Part shown: positions 45,978 through 56,712 of the stretch, one piece after another
Numbering within the stretch: position 1 is the stretch's first letter
Layout of the letters: the number at the start of each line of letters is the position of its first letter
Source of the DNA: Flavilitoribacter nigricans DSM 23189 = NBRC 102662
GTDB lineage: Bacteria; Bacteroidota; Bacteroidia; Chitinophagales; Saprospiraceae
Direction of reading: 5' to 3'
Assembly (NCBI RefSeq): GCF_002646595.1
Contig: NZ_PDUD01000019.1
Location: forward strand, 109,128 to 173,127
DNA length: 64,000 bases
Translations under genes and position numbers: made by a program
The notes under the pieces: generated by a model
The model's database searches: none
Told to the model about the DNA's origin: nothing
The model's input: the letters and a program-made list of their open reading frames with translations, nothing else

Positions 45978-47660
45978 ATGACAAAGATCCGAATCTACTA
46001 CCCTGTAGCCGGTTTACTGGCTGCGATCCTTCTCTTCTTTTCCTGCGGGGAAAGCAACGATGCGCCCGCTTATGACCTGGTCATTTACGGCGGCACTTCC
46101 GCCGGTATCGCGGCCGCCATTCAGGCTAAACGCATGGACAGATCGGTCATCCTCATCGAGCCGAGTACACGCATCGGAGGTCTGACCACCGGCGGACTCG
46201 GCCAGACCGACATCGGCAACAAATCCGCCATCGGCGGCATCTCCCGCGAGTTTTATTCCGCCATCAAAGAGTACTACGATCAGAACGAGCACTGGAAATG
46301 GCAGGAAAAGGCCGAGTATAAGGACGGGGGCCAGACGCGCACCGCCGCCGGAGAGGCCTCCATGTGGACTTTTGAACCTTCCGCCGCCCTGAGTGTCTAC
46401 GAGGATTTTATCGAACAGAACGGTATCGAGCTGGTAATGAACCAGAAACTGGACCGCAGTACCGGTGTCCAAAAGGAAGGCACCGATATACAATCCATCC
46501 GGATGCTTTCCGGCGAAACCTACCGGGGAAAAATATTCATCGACGCCACCTACGAAGGCGACCTCCTGGCCACGGCCGGCGTCTCCTACACGGTGGGCCG
46601 GGAAAGCAACGATCAGTACCGGGAAACCCTCAACGGGGTACACACCAAACTCCGGGATACGACCATGACCGGACAACGGTCCAACAACGCGGTAAACCAC
46701 AACTTTGTGGACGGCGTGGATCCCTACGTAGTACCGGGAGATGCTACCAGCGGCCTGCTGCCCTACATCAACCCGGACGGTCCGGGTACCGAGGGTGCCG
46801 GTGATGATCATTTGCAGGCCTACTGTTTCCGCATGTGCCTGACCGATCATCCGGACAACCGCATTCCCTTCGAAAAACCGGCAGATTACGATGAAAAGAA
46901 CTACGAATTGCTACTGCGCAATTACGAAGCCGGGGAGGAAGGTTTTCCCTGGATCAACTCCCAGATGCCCAACCGCAAAACGGATACCAATAACCGCGCC
47001 GGATTCTCTACCGACTTTATCGGCCAGAATTATAATTATCCCGAAGCCAGCTACGAAGAGCGGGAAGTCATTCGCGAGCAACACCGCAACTACCAGAAAG
47101 GCCTGATGTGGACCCTCGCCTACCACCCGCGCATGCCGGATCACATCCGGGAAGGAGTGTCCCGCTGGGGTACCTGTAAGGATGAATTCGCCCGGGAAGA
47201 TGGCTGGCAGGAGCAATTATATGTACGCGAAGCCCGCCGGATGGTCGGCCCCTACGTCATGACGCAGTACAATTGCGAAGGCATCGAAGTGGCCGAGGAT
47301 CCCGTCGGCATGGGCGCTTACGGGATGGATTCCCATCATACCCAGCGCTACGTCACGGCTGAAGGCTGGGTAAAAAATGAAGGTAACGTAGAGGCGCACG
47401 TAAAAGCCCCCTACCCGATCAGCTACCGCTCGATCGTGCCGAAATCCGAGGAATGCACCAATCTGCTGGTACCGGTTTGCCTAAGCGCCACCCATATTGC
47501 CTTCGGTTCCATCCGGATGGAGCCGGTGTTTATGGTACTCGGTCAGTCGGCCGCTACGGCCGCCAGTCTGGCCATCGACCGGGAGATCGCCGTGCAGGAT
47601 CTGCCGTACGCCGAATTGCAAAAAGTTTTACTGGCTGATAAACAGGTGCTGGAGAATTAA
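45978..47660 (+). CDS. FAD-dependent oxidoreductase (PF12831-like), secreted lipoprotein
   Basis: Dinucleotide-binding '[18 protein letters not shown]' followed by 'GGLTTGG'. Lipoprotein signal (LLFFSC). Confidence 0.7.
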   Translation: MTKIRIYYPVAGLLAAILLFFSCGESNDAPAYDLVIYGGTSAGIAAAIQAKRMDRSVILIEPSTRIGGLTTGGLGQTDIGNKSAIGGISREFYSAIKEYYDQNEHWKWQEKAEYKDGGQTRTAAGEASMWTFEPSAALSVYEDFIEQNGIELVMNQKLDRSTGVQKEGTDIQSIRMLSGETYRGKIFIDATYEGDLLATAGVSYTVGRESNDQYRETLNGVHTKLRDTTMTGQRSNNAVNHNFVDGVDPYVVPGDATSGLLPYINPDGPGTEGAGDDHLQAYCFRMCLTDHPDNRIPFEKPADYDEKNYELLLRNYEAGEEGFPWINSQMPNRKTDTNNRAGFSTDFIGQNYNYPEASYEEREVIREQHRNYQKGLMWTLAYHPRMPDHIREGVSRWGTCKDEFAREDGWQEQLYVREARRMVGPYVMTQYNCEGIEVAEDPVGMGAYGMDSHHTQRYVTAEGWVKNEGNVEAHVKAPYPISYRSIVPKSEECTNLLVPVCLSATHIAFGSIRMEPVFMVLGQSAATAASLAIDREIAVQDLPYAELQKVLLADKQVLEN

Positions 47661-47719
47661 GCCGGCACGTAAGCGGGAACAGGTCATCGAATCCTGGCCT
47701 GTTCCCGATCAATCATGTA

Positions 47720-48934
47720 CTACTGCTCCGTCAGTACATTCTCGTACCAGATCACGCCGAGGCCACCGCTATCCGGTCCGTAGTTTTCCTCGCAAATCAA
47801 TACATCCAGATCGCCGTCCAAGTCGATATCCAGCAACTCCACCTTGTCGTATTTGGCATTGTGGGCTCCGGAAATGGCTTTAAAATCCTGGGGTTGCGCC
47901 TGATCTAAATGTTTCCCGTCCAGCCAGATCAGGCCGTTCTTCTCGGCGCCGTTGGTGTTGGTACTGATCACTAAATCGGGCGTTCCGTCGCGATTGATAT
48001 CTCCAGCCGTGACCGATTTGGCCCGTCCCGTAAAGTCCGGCAGTGCAATGATCCGTTCTTCCCAGTTTTTGCCGAAAGTATCATGGCGGGTATAGACCCG
48101 TACACTTTCCTCACTACGTTCGGCTACGATGATTTCCTCTACCCCATCACCGTCCAGATCCGCAATATCCATAAACATCACCTCCAGACTCTGACCGCCG
48201 ATCAAATGACTGTTCCAGGCCTGGGTTTGGGCGGTTCCCGGTCCCGGATTTTCCAGCCAGCGGCACCCCCGCAATGCTCCATTGCGATCTGTGATCACCA
48301 GATCAAGATCCCCATCGCCATCCATATCGCGGGTAAAAAGGCCCATGAGCCACCCCAGAGGAGTGATCGGATGCCAGACCCATTTTTTCAGATTCCGGGT
48401 CCGGCGGGGAGCTGCAAACCAGCCGAGCGCGGCTCCATGTCCCTTGCCGCCCGCCACCAGATCGAGGCCGCCACGACCGTCCACCTCCATCGGCTCAGCG
48501 TACATCCACATCATGCGCTGATCAGAGGCAGGCAGTACTTTTTGCCGCCATTTTTCCGCGTCCAGCCAATTTCTTTTGGGTGCAAAATGCAGCATGATCT
48601 GCTCCGCATTTTTTTCCGAGCAGCTGAAGACTACCCAACGACCACGCTGGTTCGTAGGAGCAAAAACGGCATCTTCTACCGCCGGTGTCTGACCTACAGT
48701 TACCGCGGGCCAGAGCGACCGAACGCCGGCTGGCCCCGGATGAAGATAGACCCGGGTGAGCGCTCCTTCCTCCCAGCCGGTGGTGATGTCCGGCAGGCCG
48801 TCGGCATTGATATCGGCCAGCTTTACCCCGTCCGCCCCGGTTGAGGAAGCATCAATGGTATGACGGGGCCATTCCTGGGCGGACAGCGCCAGCCCGAACA
48901 GACAGCAACAACCCCAAATGATCGTTCTGAACAT
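47720..48934 (-). CDS. FG-GAP repeat (integrin-alpha-like beta-propeller) protein, secreted
   Basis: Repeated 'D-x-[DN]-x-DG-x-x-D' calcium-binding FG-GAP motifs (DINADGLPDI, DMDGDGDLDLV, DLDGDGVEEI, DINRDGTPDLV, DIDLDGDLDVL). Confidence 0.7.
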   Translation of the reverse strand: MFRTIIWGCCCLFGLALSAQEWPRHTIDASSTGADGVKLADINADGLPDITTGWEEGALTRVYLHPGPAGVRSLWPAVTVGQTPAVEDAVFAPTNQRGRWVVFSCSEKNAEQIMLHFAPKRNWLDAEKWRQKVLPASDQRMMWMYAEPMEVDGRGGLDLVAGGKGHGAALGWFAAPRRTRNLKKWVWHPITPLGWLMGLFTRDMDGDGDLDLVITDRNGALRGCRWLENPGPGTAQTQAWNSHLIGGQSLEVMFMDIADLDGDGVEEIIVAERSEESVRVYTRHDTFGKNWEERIIALPDFTGRAKSVTAGDINRDGTPDLVISTNTNGAEKNGLIWLDGKHLDQAQPQDFKAISGAHNAKYDKVELLDIDLDGDLDVLICEENYGPDSGGLGVIWYENVLTEQ

Positions 48935-48959
48935 ATATCCGGCGTTTTGATGATGTGTT

Positions 48960-51392
48960 TTATTTCTCCTGCACCCGCAGCAGCCATTCCTCGCCGCCGG
49001 CCAGTTCGACCGGGATCCCTGCCAGCAGTTCCGCTGCGCTGTATTCTTTTATCGGTTGATCCCGTCCGGTCTGCAGCAGATAGGTAGCTCCCTCGCGAAC
49101 GGTAAACCATTCCGGGAATTGATTGATCCGGGGATAATCGGCGGGAAGGTGTAACACCGTTTGGTGCCGCGGCTGATCGAAATAAAGTGTGCCGACCCAG
49201 TCCGAGTCCGCTTTTACGGATACGATGATACCTCCATCCGCCGTGGGTTCGGCGCCCCACAGAACGTCTTCCCGCCAATTCGAAAGATAGGTTCCCTGCG
49301 TCTTCCACAAACAATACATGATGGAAGTACGGGCAAAATTGCCGTCGCCGTGCCAGCCCTCGATGATGCCATTCCCCCGATAAGCTTCGGTATCGGAACG
49401 GTGACTGGAATCCTGCATGGACCACATCACCTGGATCTCGCTGTCGAGCCATTCCTGCGCTACCTGCCCGGGCAGGCGGTTGTAAAGGTTCAGACCGCCT
49501 TCCACCGCATCCGCGTATCCGTCCTGACTGCCGTTCTCCCAGTCGAAATTGCGATAAAAGAGCAGATTATTCAGTGCCCGCTCGATGGCTTCGCGGTATC
49601 GCTCGGTTGCGTCGACCAGATAAACCGTATAGAAACCGTTGTAATTATATCCCCAGTTATCGGCGATGCGGTCCCGGACGATCGCTCCGTCCTGCGGATT
49701 GACCACATCGTACATCAGGCCATGCTCATTGAGTCCGACTTCCAAAATGCGATCCAGTAACTGATGGATCCGGGGGGAATAGGCGATCTTCTTTTCGGGG
49801 CGGGCGTGGGCTACCGTAAAGTACAGTTCACACAGACCGGATACGATCTCACAACCGTGGTCCCGCAGGCGCAGGCTGGTCTGGTCCCGGCTGGGGTGTT
49901 GGTCTCCCAGTAAATAATAATCTCCCAGGCGAACGGCCCAATCCAGGTATTTTTCGTCGCCGGTCATCCAGTAGATGCGCGACAGGGTTTGCAGCAACTC
50001 TCCGTTCACCTCTACGTTGGTGCCCGGAATGTTGCCGAAAGGCGTAGTGTACTCAGCTTCCGCCCAGATATCGTCCAGAATGCCGATCATGCGTTCACTC
50101 CAGGGAGAAGCGCCCAGCCATTCCGTCAGCGGCAGTAGTCCGTCTTTAACGTATTCGGAAGCTCCGAAGATGATTCGGTCCAGTTGCGGCTCTTTATCCT
50201 GGAAAGCCTGTTTGGAGAACGAATAGGTATCCGGCAGCCGGCCCAGCCGGGAGGTCAGTTTGGTTTCACTGGCCAGCATATCGCGCATGTCTTTTTCGAA
50301 AACCGGTCGGTCCAGCAGGGCCGCCGTCAGCACCATAAAGGGATAATTGTCCGCCGCTGCATCCTGAGCGTTCCAAAAATCCCGGGAGCTACCGAGGTTG
50401 CGGGGGATCAAACCGCTCTTGGGGTCCCGCTCCTGCATCCAGGCGTGCAGAAAATTGTAGCTGCGGCGAAAACCTTCGTTGGCCACCCGGGCGTTCCGCC
50501 GGGCGGCGCCCGCACCACCCCAATCCTGCCGCTTTACCATCTTCAGCATGGCCTCCGCGTAACGTTCTCCCAGCAGGATCTGACTCGGTGAATCAAAATG
50601 AGTACTATCGGTAGTGGCCGTACCCTCCGAACTGATCACCGCGGTATGCGGGATGAGGTCCGGTAACTGCGCCAGGATTTCGTTGAAGGGGATGCGTTGT
50701 TCCCGGGCCTCCGAGACCTTACCGGCTACGAAGGGCAGGTCCGGATCGTCGAATGCTTCCCGGAAAGCATTGATCAGCACTTCCATGCGTCCCAGATAGA
50801 GGTCGCGCCGGAAAGGCCCCGAATCACTTTCGCCCTGATGCCAGATGATCCCTTTGAGCGTTCCGTAGGCCATTGCTTCCCGGGTACGACGTACGGCATC
50901 GGCAAAAAATTGGGTACCCGGCAACCACTGCACGATACCCGATCCGCCTTTGGCATTGACGATCAATCCGATGTTTCGCCCACCAACGGCCGTCATATCC
51001 CGGGCGAAAGCATAGGCGGGACTCAGACGCTGCATATCGATCACTTTGCGAATGGTGGAAAAACGATTCAACGGATTGGTAGCGGTAACCCAGGGATTAA
51101 GTTGATCGCCGGTATAGAGCAATGCGCCGTTAATGGGAGCTTTGTCCTCATCGCGAATAGGTGCCCGGCCGGCCATATTGGACTGCCCGATGACCAGATA
51201 AAGATCCAGGTTCCGGGGAACGGCCTGATGGGTTTCCGTCGATAGGGATTGTGCGAAAATACCGCCGGGTAAAATACCCGCGAGGATCAGGAGGAATAGG
51301 GCAAAAACAAATCGCTGCATAATACTGGAAATAGCTTTGGTGTCGGTCCATTGACGAAGAATATGCCTACCGAACACTACATCCGGATTCAT
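48960..51392 (-). CDS. bifunctional: N-terminal sialate O-acetylesterase (SASA/DUF303) domain plus a large C-terminal glycoside-hydrolase-like domain
   Basis: 'YLVIGQSNMAGR' SASA motif and 'IIWHQGESDS'. About 500-aa C-terminal domain not assigned. Probable true start at internal MQRFVFALFLLILAG (about 51320). Confidence 0.6.
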   Translation of the reverse strand: MNPDVVFGRHILRQWTDTKAISSIMQRFVFALFLLILAGILPGGIFAQSLSTETHQAVPRNLDLYLVIGQSNMAGRAPIRDEDKAPINGALLYTGDQLNPWVTATNPLNRFSTIRKVIDMQRLSPAYAFARDMTAVGGRNIGLIVNAKGGSGIVQWLPGTQFFADAVRRTREAMAYGTLKGIIWHQGESDSGPFRRDLYLGRMEVLINAFREAFDDPDLPFVAGKVSEAREQRIPFNEILAQLPDLIPHTAVISSEGTATTDSTHFDSPSQILLGERYAEAMLKMVKRQDWGGAGAARRNARVANEGFRRSYNFLHAWMQERDPKSGLIPRNLGSSRDFWNAQDAAADNYPFMVLTAALLDRPVFEKDMRDMLASETKLTSRLGRLPDTYSFSKQAFQDKEPQLDRIIFGASEYVKDGLLPLTEWLGASPWSERMIGILDDIWAEAEYTTPFGNIPGTNVEVNGELLQTLSRIYWMTGDEKYLDWAVRLGDYYLLGDQHPSRDQTSLRLRDHGCEIVSGLCELYFTVAHARPEKKIAYSPRIHQLLDRILEVGLNEHGLMYDVVNPQDGAIVRDRIADNWGYNYNGFYTVYLVDATERYREAIERALNNLLFYRNFDWENGSQDGYADAVEGGLNLYNRLPGQVAQEWLDSEIQVMWSMQDSSHRSDTEAYRGNGIIEGWHGDGNFARTSIMYCLWKTQGTYLSNWREDVLWGAEPTADGGIIVSVKADSDWVGTLYFDQPRHQTVLHLPADYPRINQFPEWFTVREGATYLLQTGRDQPIKEYSAAELLAGIPVELAGGEEWLLRVQEK

Positions 51393-51573
51393 TAGCTAAT
51401 ATTCAAACCCCGGTTTAATGGAAACTTGCCTTTCGGACGTCTTACCATCTACAGGCAACTGGTACAGAGCGGGATAGCCCTCCCCGGCAGAAGCAGTACA
51501 TTCACTGCTGGCCTTTTTTTCGATAGCGACAGAAGGCTCCATCTTTTCTACCGCTTTTTAATTTTTAACTATT

Positions 51574-54500
51574 TTGAGCAACCAACCCTTTCCAGGTAAA
51601 TTGAAAAACATCATGAGCAAATACCTATTCCTTTTCCTTGCCATTGCCATTCTCTCTTCCTGCAAGCAACAAAGCGCGCCGGCGGATGAATCTACCAAGA
51701 CATTTTACGCTGAAAAAGACGGGAACAGCATTTACGTTTTTGAAAAAGGGCAGAGCAAGCCGGTGGTTACCCAAAACGCCGCGCCGGATTTCCGCCCCTA
51801 TCTGCATCCTATTCTGGCACCGGGTTCCGAAGCGGAACTGACCCAGTACAGCCCCGGTCACCACAAACACCAGACGGGCCTGTACTGGGGATTCACCAGG
51901 GTGAACGGTACGGGTATCGAGCCCGACAGTCTCAGTAAATGGTTTTACCGCCCCGATAAACCGGAAGCCATCCGTCAACAGATCGGCCGCGACTTTTTCC
52001 ACCATCCGGAAGGTACCCACTGGCAACGCAAGTCGCTGGACCTGCTCATCGACGAAGGCAGCCAGCTTAAATGGCAAACCGTCTACAATATGCTCGACGA
52101 GCAGGGGCAACCCATTTTAGAAGAAACCCAGATCTGGACCTTTTCCGAGTCCAACGGCCACCACCTGCTGGAACTGGAATGGAAAGGGAAGGCCCTGACC
52201 GATATCACTATCAATGAATTTGATTACGGCGGCCTCTTCCTGCGCATGCCCTGGCACGAAGGCATCGAGGGCGAAGTGATCAATGCCGCCCGGCAGCGTA
52301 ATGAAAAAGCCGAAGGTCAGCGCGCCCAGTGGGTCGATGTGGGGATGGCCATCGAGGGCCTCGACGAATGGGGGCATATTGCCATCTTCGACCATCCGGA
52401 TAATGACGGGTTTCCGCAAACCTGGCGCGTGGACGGACAACTGGGCGTCGGTCCCGTCCGGGCCCGGCAGGGAGACTGGCAGATCAAAGCGGGTGAAACC
52501 GCTACCTTCCGCCATCAGATCGTGGCCTATGAGGGAGAGCTGAGCGACATTAGCCTGAATAAACTCTGGGGCGATTTCATCGGAGATCAGGGGATGTACA
52601 ACGGTACCGCGCTCTGGGGGCTGGCCCAGGAGGAAGGATACAGTGCCAAATTCCTGACGCCGGAGGAAGCTATTGCCGAAATGACCATCAAAGAAGGCTA
52701 CACCGTGAATGCTTTTGCCGCCGAACCCATGATCACCCAACCCATGGCTTTTTGCTGGGATGACCGGGGTCGCATGTGGATCGCCGAAAACCGGGATTAC
52801 GAGTCCCGCGGTTCCGGGTTTTCCAATTCCGGGGATAGCCGGATCCTTATCCTGGAAGATACCGATCGCGACGGCGTGGCCGATAAAAAGACCGTTTTCC
52901 TGGAAAATATTCCCTTCCCTTCTGCCATTGCCGTCGGCTTCGACGGTCTTTATCTGGGAGCACCGCCCAACCTGCTGTTCGTTCCCGATAAGAACCACGA
53001 TGACCGGGCCGACGAGGCGGATATCGAAGTATTGCTGACCGGCTGGGGCATCCGCGACCGGCACGAGACCATCAATAGTTTTCACTGGGGGCCCGACGGC
53101 TGGTTGTACGGGCTGGAAGGCTTCGCCACTCCTTCGGTGATCCGCAAGCCTACGGGCAAAGGCAAGATCTACCGGGCCGGAGAGCCCTTCCCCGAAAATC
53201 TGCTGGATGCGGACGGCGTGGATATCAACGGCGGGGTATGGCGCTACCACCCGACCAAAAAGCGCTTCGAAGTGGTCGCCCACGGTTTCAGTAATCCCTG
53301 GGGTATCGATTACGATGCCAAGGGGCAGTTATTCATTTCGGCCTGTGTGATCCCCCACATGTTCCACGTCATTCCGGGCGGGATCTACCACCGTCAGGGC
53401 GGACGGCACTTCAATCCCTACGTATACAAAGACATTCAGACCATTGTGGATCATCGCCACCGTTCGGCCCACGGCGGCGCCCGCATTTACCAGTCGGATG
53501 CGTTCCCGGAAGAACAGCGGGGCCGCCTGTTTATGGCCAATATCCACGAACATGCGGTGCTTTCCGATATTCTGCAGCCGAATGGTTCGGGTTTTACCGC
53601 CAGCCACGGGGAGGATTTTATGCTGGCCAACAATGCCCAGTGGATCGGATTCAGTATGGAGATCGGTCCGGAAGGCGGCCTGTACGTGCTGGACTGGCAC
53701 GATGCCGACATCTGCGGCAAGGAGGTCAAACACAAAGAGACTGGTCGGGTGTTCCGCATCACCCCGGAAAACTCCCGGGCCGAAAACTGGTCGGGGCGCT
53801 ACGATGACCTCATTACGTTCTCGGATGAGCAACTGGTCGCCCTACAGTGGCAGGGCAGTGACTGGCACGCCCGCCGCGCCCGGGTGATCCTGCAGTTCCG
53901 GGCTTCCAAAGGAGCACTCTCTTCGGAAGCTACCCACGAGTTGTCCGATCACTTCAATAATGATACCAATGCCGATTACCGCCTGCGGGCGCTTTGGGCC
54001 TTATACATCACCGGCAACATCAGTGAAGACCTGCTGATCAGCTCCCTGGATGATCGCGATCCCTACGTGCGGGCCTGGGCGATACAGTTCCTGTGTGAGG
54101 ATAAAACTGCCGACCGCAAATCCCTGCTCCGGATGACCGAACTGGCCCGCAAGGAACAATCACCGGTAGTCCGTTTATACCTGGCCAAAGCGCTGCAACG
54201 GATCGATGCGGAAAGTCGCTGGGCCCTGGCCGAAAATCTGGTTACCTACGCGGACGATGCGGACGATCCAAATATTCCCTTTATGCTGTGGTTCGGTATA
54301 GAATCGCTGGTGCCCGAACAAGCGGAGCGGGCCCTGGCCCTCGCCGGAAAAAGCAAGATCCCCATGGTAACCAATCACATTGCCCGCCGACTGGTGGATG
54401 CCGGTGAACTGGAACCGCTCACCGCCGCCCTCAGCCGTAAGTCCGCCAATCGGCAGCAATTGCTGGAAGGTATGCTCGCCGGCCTCGAAGGCCGCGTCGA

Positions 54501-55503
54501 TATCGATGCGCCCAAAAACTGGGAAAAAGTATACCAGGGGCTGTCGGCTGATAAGGTAAGTGCCGCAACGGCGCTGCGCATTTCTCAGTATTTCGGTAAT
54601 GCCGCCGCCGCGGAAGCTATGCTGGCCAGCCTGAAAGATCCGAAAGCCGGTAATGACCAAAAAGAAAATGCAATAACCGTTCTCGCCGCCCAGCAACGTC
54701 CGGAATTACCGGCGGAACTGCCCCGCCTGCTCGAAGTTCCCGAACTCCGCATTCCGGTGATCCGGGCGGTGGCCAGCTACGACCGGCGCGATCTGGGGAC
54801 CTTGTTATTGGATAAATATTCCCAATTGCCGCTCGATGCCAAACAGGAAGCGATCCTGGCCCTGTCCTCCCGACCGGTATACGGACGCCTGCTTGCCGAT
54901 GCCATCAAAAACGAAAAAATTGCCAAAAAAGAGATCCCTCCCTACGTTGCTTTACAACTTCGGCGGGTTGTGGGTAATGGTTTTGTGGAAATTTGGGGTC
55001 CTATCGATGAGCTGTCTTCGGATAAAAGGTCCGAATACGCCAAATACCAACGGCTACTGCAACCCGGAGCTATCGCCCAGTCCGATCCGGTACAGGGAAA
55101 AGGGGTATATCTGCGCACCTGCGGAGCCTGCCACAAGATGTACGGTGAAGGGGGCAATCTGGGTCCGGACCTGACCGGTTCCAATCGCACCAATACGGCC
55201 TACCTGCTGGGAAATATCCTGGAACCCAGCAGCGAGATCCAGGACGATTACAAAATGGTAGTGATCACCACGCAGGACGGCCGGACGTTCAGCGGCAATA
55301 TCGTCGCGGAAAACGACCAGCAGCTGACCATGCGGGTAGTCGGCCAGGATGAGATCCAGATCAGTCAGTCCAATATTCAGTCGCGGGAAGTCACCCCGAA
55401 ATCGATGATGCCGGAAGGCCTGCTACAGTACCTGACGGACAAAGAGATATTGGACCTGGTCGCCTTTTTACAAACCAAAGAACCAATCGTAGAAATGGAC
55501 TAA
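51574..55503 (+). CDS. PVC-type heme-binding CxxCH protein: PmoA-like N-domain, membrane-bound-dehydrogenase-type beta-propeller, HEAT repeats, C-terminal cytochrome c
   Basis: C-terminal 'CGACHKMYGEGGNLGPDL' (CxxCH). HEAT-like 'DPYVRAWAIQFL' and 'SPVVRLYLAKAL'. Propeller motifs 'WGPDGWLYG'. N-terminal region is paralogous to the ORF at 55606-56634. Confidence 0.65.
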   Translation: MSNQPFPGKLKNIMSKYLFLFLAIAILSSCKQQSAPADESTKTFYAEKDGNSIYVFEKGQSKPVVTQNAAPDFRPYLHPILAPGSEAELTQYSPGHHKHQTGLYWGFTRVNGTGIEPDSLSKWFYRPDKPEAIRQQIGRDFFHHPEGTHWQRKSLDLLIDEGSQLKWQTVYNMLDEQGQPILEETQIWTFSESNGHHLLELEWKGKALTDITINEFDYGGLFLRMPWHEGIEGEVINAARQRNEKAEGQRAQWVDVGMAIEGLDEWGHIAIFDHPDNDGFPQTWRVDGQLGVGPVRARQGDWQIKAGETATFRHQIVAYEGELSDISLNKLWGDFIGDQGMYNGTALWGLAQEEGYSAKFLTPEEAIAEMTIKEGYTVNAFAAEPMITQPMAFCWDDRGRMWIAENRDYESRGSGFSNSGDSRILILEDTDRDGVADKKTVFLENIPFPSAIAVGFDGLYLGAPPNLLFVPDKNHDDRADEADIEVLLTGWGIRDRHETINSFHWGPDGWLYGLEGFATPSVIRKPTGKGKIYRAGEPFPENLLDADGVDINGGVWRYHPTKKRFEVVAHGFSNPWGIDYDAKGQLFISACVIPHMFHVIPGGIYHRQGGRHFNPYVYKDIQTIVDHRHRSAHGGARIYQSDAFPEEQRGRLFMANIHEHAVLSDILQPNGSGFTASHGEDFMLANNAQWIGFSMEIGPEGGLYVLDWHDADICGKEVKHKETGRVFRITPENSRAENWSGRYDDLITFSDEQLVALQWQGSDWHARRARVILQFRASKGALSSEATHELSDHFNNDTNADYRLRALWALYITGNISEDLLISSLDDRDPYVRAWAIQFLCEDKTADRKSLLRMTELARKEQSPVVRLYLAKALQRIDAESRWALAENLVTYADDADDPNIPFMLWFGIESLVPEQAERALALAGKSKIPMVTNHIARRLVDAGELEPLTAALSRKSANRQQLLEGMLAGLEGRVDIDAPKNWEKVYQGLSADKVSAATALRISQYFGNAAAAEAMLASLKDPKAGNDQKENAITVLAAQQRPELPAELPRLLEVPELRIPVIRAVASYDRRDLGTLLLDKYSQLPLDAKQEAILALSSRPVYGRLLADAIKNEKIAKKEIPPYVALQLRRVVGNGFVEIWGPIDELSSDKRSEYAKYQRLLQPGAIAQSDPVQGKGVYLRTCGACHKMYGEGGNLGPDLTGSNRTNTAYLLGNILEPSSEIQDDYKMVVITTQDGRTFSGNIVAENDQQLTMRVVGQDEIQISQSNIQSREVTPKSMMPEGLLQYLTDKEILDLVAFLQTKEPIVEMD

Positions 55504-55506
55504 CCC

Positions 55507-55593
55507 CCTGACACCTGACACCTAAAAACCCTGATGCCTGAAATCTGACACCCGACACCTGATACACTGACACCTAAAAACCTGACACCTGAT
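55507..55593. repeat. degenerate tandem array of CTGACACC-type units (about 9 copies)
   Basis: ctgacacc tgacacc …ctgatgcc tgaaatc tgacacc cgacacc tgataca ctgacacc …ctgacacc tgatc. Located between the 1309-aa gene stop and the next start. Confidence 0.6.
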
Positions 55594-55605
55594 CAAAACA
55601 AAACA

Positions 55606-56634
55606 ATGAAATACCAAACCTCCATTTTCTGCCTCATCCTGTGCATCGCCGCCGGCTGCCGGTCTGCAGATAAAAGTACGCCAATGGTTGACCTGATAAC
55701 GATCGACGACGAACAAAAGATAGATATCCGATTTGGCGATCAGTTATTCACCACCTATCATTTTTCCAGCGACCTGGAAAAGCCCGTACTGTGGCCGGTT
55801 ATTTCGGCCAACGGTCACGAACTGACCCGCGGGTATCCACTGAAGCCGAAAGTTGGCGAACGGGTCGATCACCCGCACCACCTGGGGGTCTGGCTCAATT
55901 ACGGTGATGTGAACGGTTTGGATTTCTGGAACAATTCGAAGGCGATCGCTCCCGAGCGGGCACCGCACTACGGCACCATCCGCCACCAGGAGATCACGGA
56001 CACGAAAACCGGAGATAAATCGGCATCTATCACCGCAACTGCCAGCTGGAATGACCACAGCGGGCACAGCCTGCTGCGGGAAGTCACCCAGTTGGAATTC
56101 CGCGCGCAGGACAGTGTCCGGATCATCGACCGGACGACAACCCTGACCGCCCTGGAAGATACCGTAGCGCTAACGGACAATAAGGAGGGCATGTTCGCCA
56201 TCCGGGTTACCCGCGAACTCGAACTTCCCAGCGACGGCAAACAAAAGCTCTGGGGCGCGAACGGAGAGGTGGAGGAAATTGAAAACCCCGATAATTCCCA
56301 GGTTCGCGGAGACTACCTCAGCAGCGAGGGCATCACCGGTGGTAAGGTATGGGGCACCCGGGCCAAATGGATGAAACTATCGGGTGAACTGGAAGGCGAT
56401 CCGGTGGCGCTGGTGATCTATGATCATCCCGATAATGTGGGCTACCCCACCTACTGGCACGCCCGCTCTTACGGCCTGTTTGCAGCCAATCCGCTGGGAC
56501 AAAAAGTATTTTCTGAAGGAGAAAAGAAGCTCAACTTTAAGCTCATGCCCGGAGAATCGGTTACTTTTAAGTACCGGCTGGCGGTTTTCTCCAGCGATCC
56601 TTCGGTGGCGGAGATCGAACAAATGGACTATTAA
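55606..56634 (+). CDS. PmoA-like / DUF6807-type secreted protein
   Basis: Lipoprotein signal. 'VDHPHHLGVWLNYG' motif shared with the N-domain of the upstream 1309-aa protein ('GHHKHQTGLYWGF'). Confidence 0.5.
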   Translation: MKYQTSIFCLILCIAAGCRSADKSTPMVDLITIDDEQKIDIRFGDQLFTTYHFSSDLEKPVLWPVISANGHELTRGYPLKPKVGERVDHPHHLGVWLNYGDVNGLDFWNNSKAIAPERAPHYGTIRHQEITDTKTGDKSASITATASWNDHSGHSLLREVTQLEFRAQDSVRIIDRTTTLTALEDTVALTDNKEGMFAIRVTRELELPSDGKQKLWGANGEVEEIENPDNSQVRGDYLSSEGITGGKVWGTRAKWMKLSGELEGDPVALVIYDHPDNVGYPTYWHARSYGLFAANPLGQKVFSEGEKKLNFKLMPGESVTFKYRLAVFSSDPSVAEIEQMDY

Positions 56635-56712
56635 TTCCCATTCGGTAAAGCATTAAAAACGCATTGTAAGGACACATTACAATGGGTCTCTCCATAATTT
56701 TAAAATAAAAGC

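Noticed and set aside
52117-53283. 388-aa minus-strand ORF (and 53329-53832)
   Set aside because: Inside and antisense to the 1309-aa heme-protein gene, which has coherent domain architecture.
55507-55593. Possible CRISPR array
   Set aside because: Units are 7-8 nt with no spacers of 25-40 nt. A simple tandem microsatellite-like repeat, not CRISPR. No cas genes in the window.
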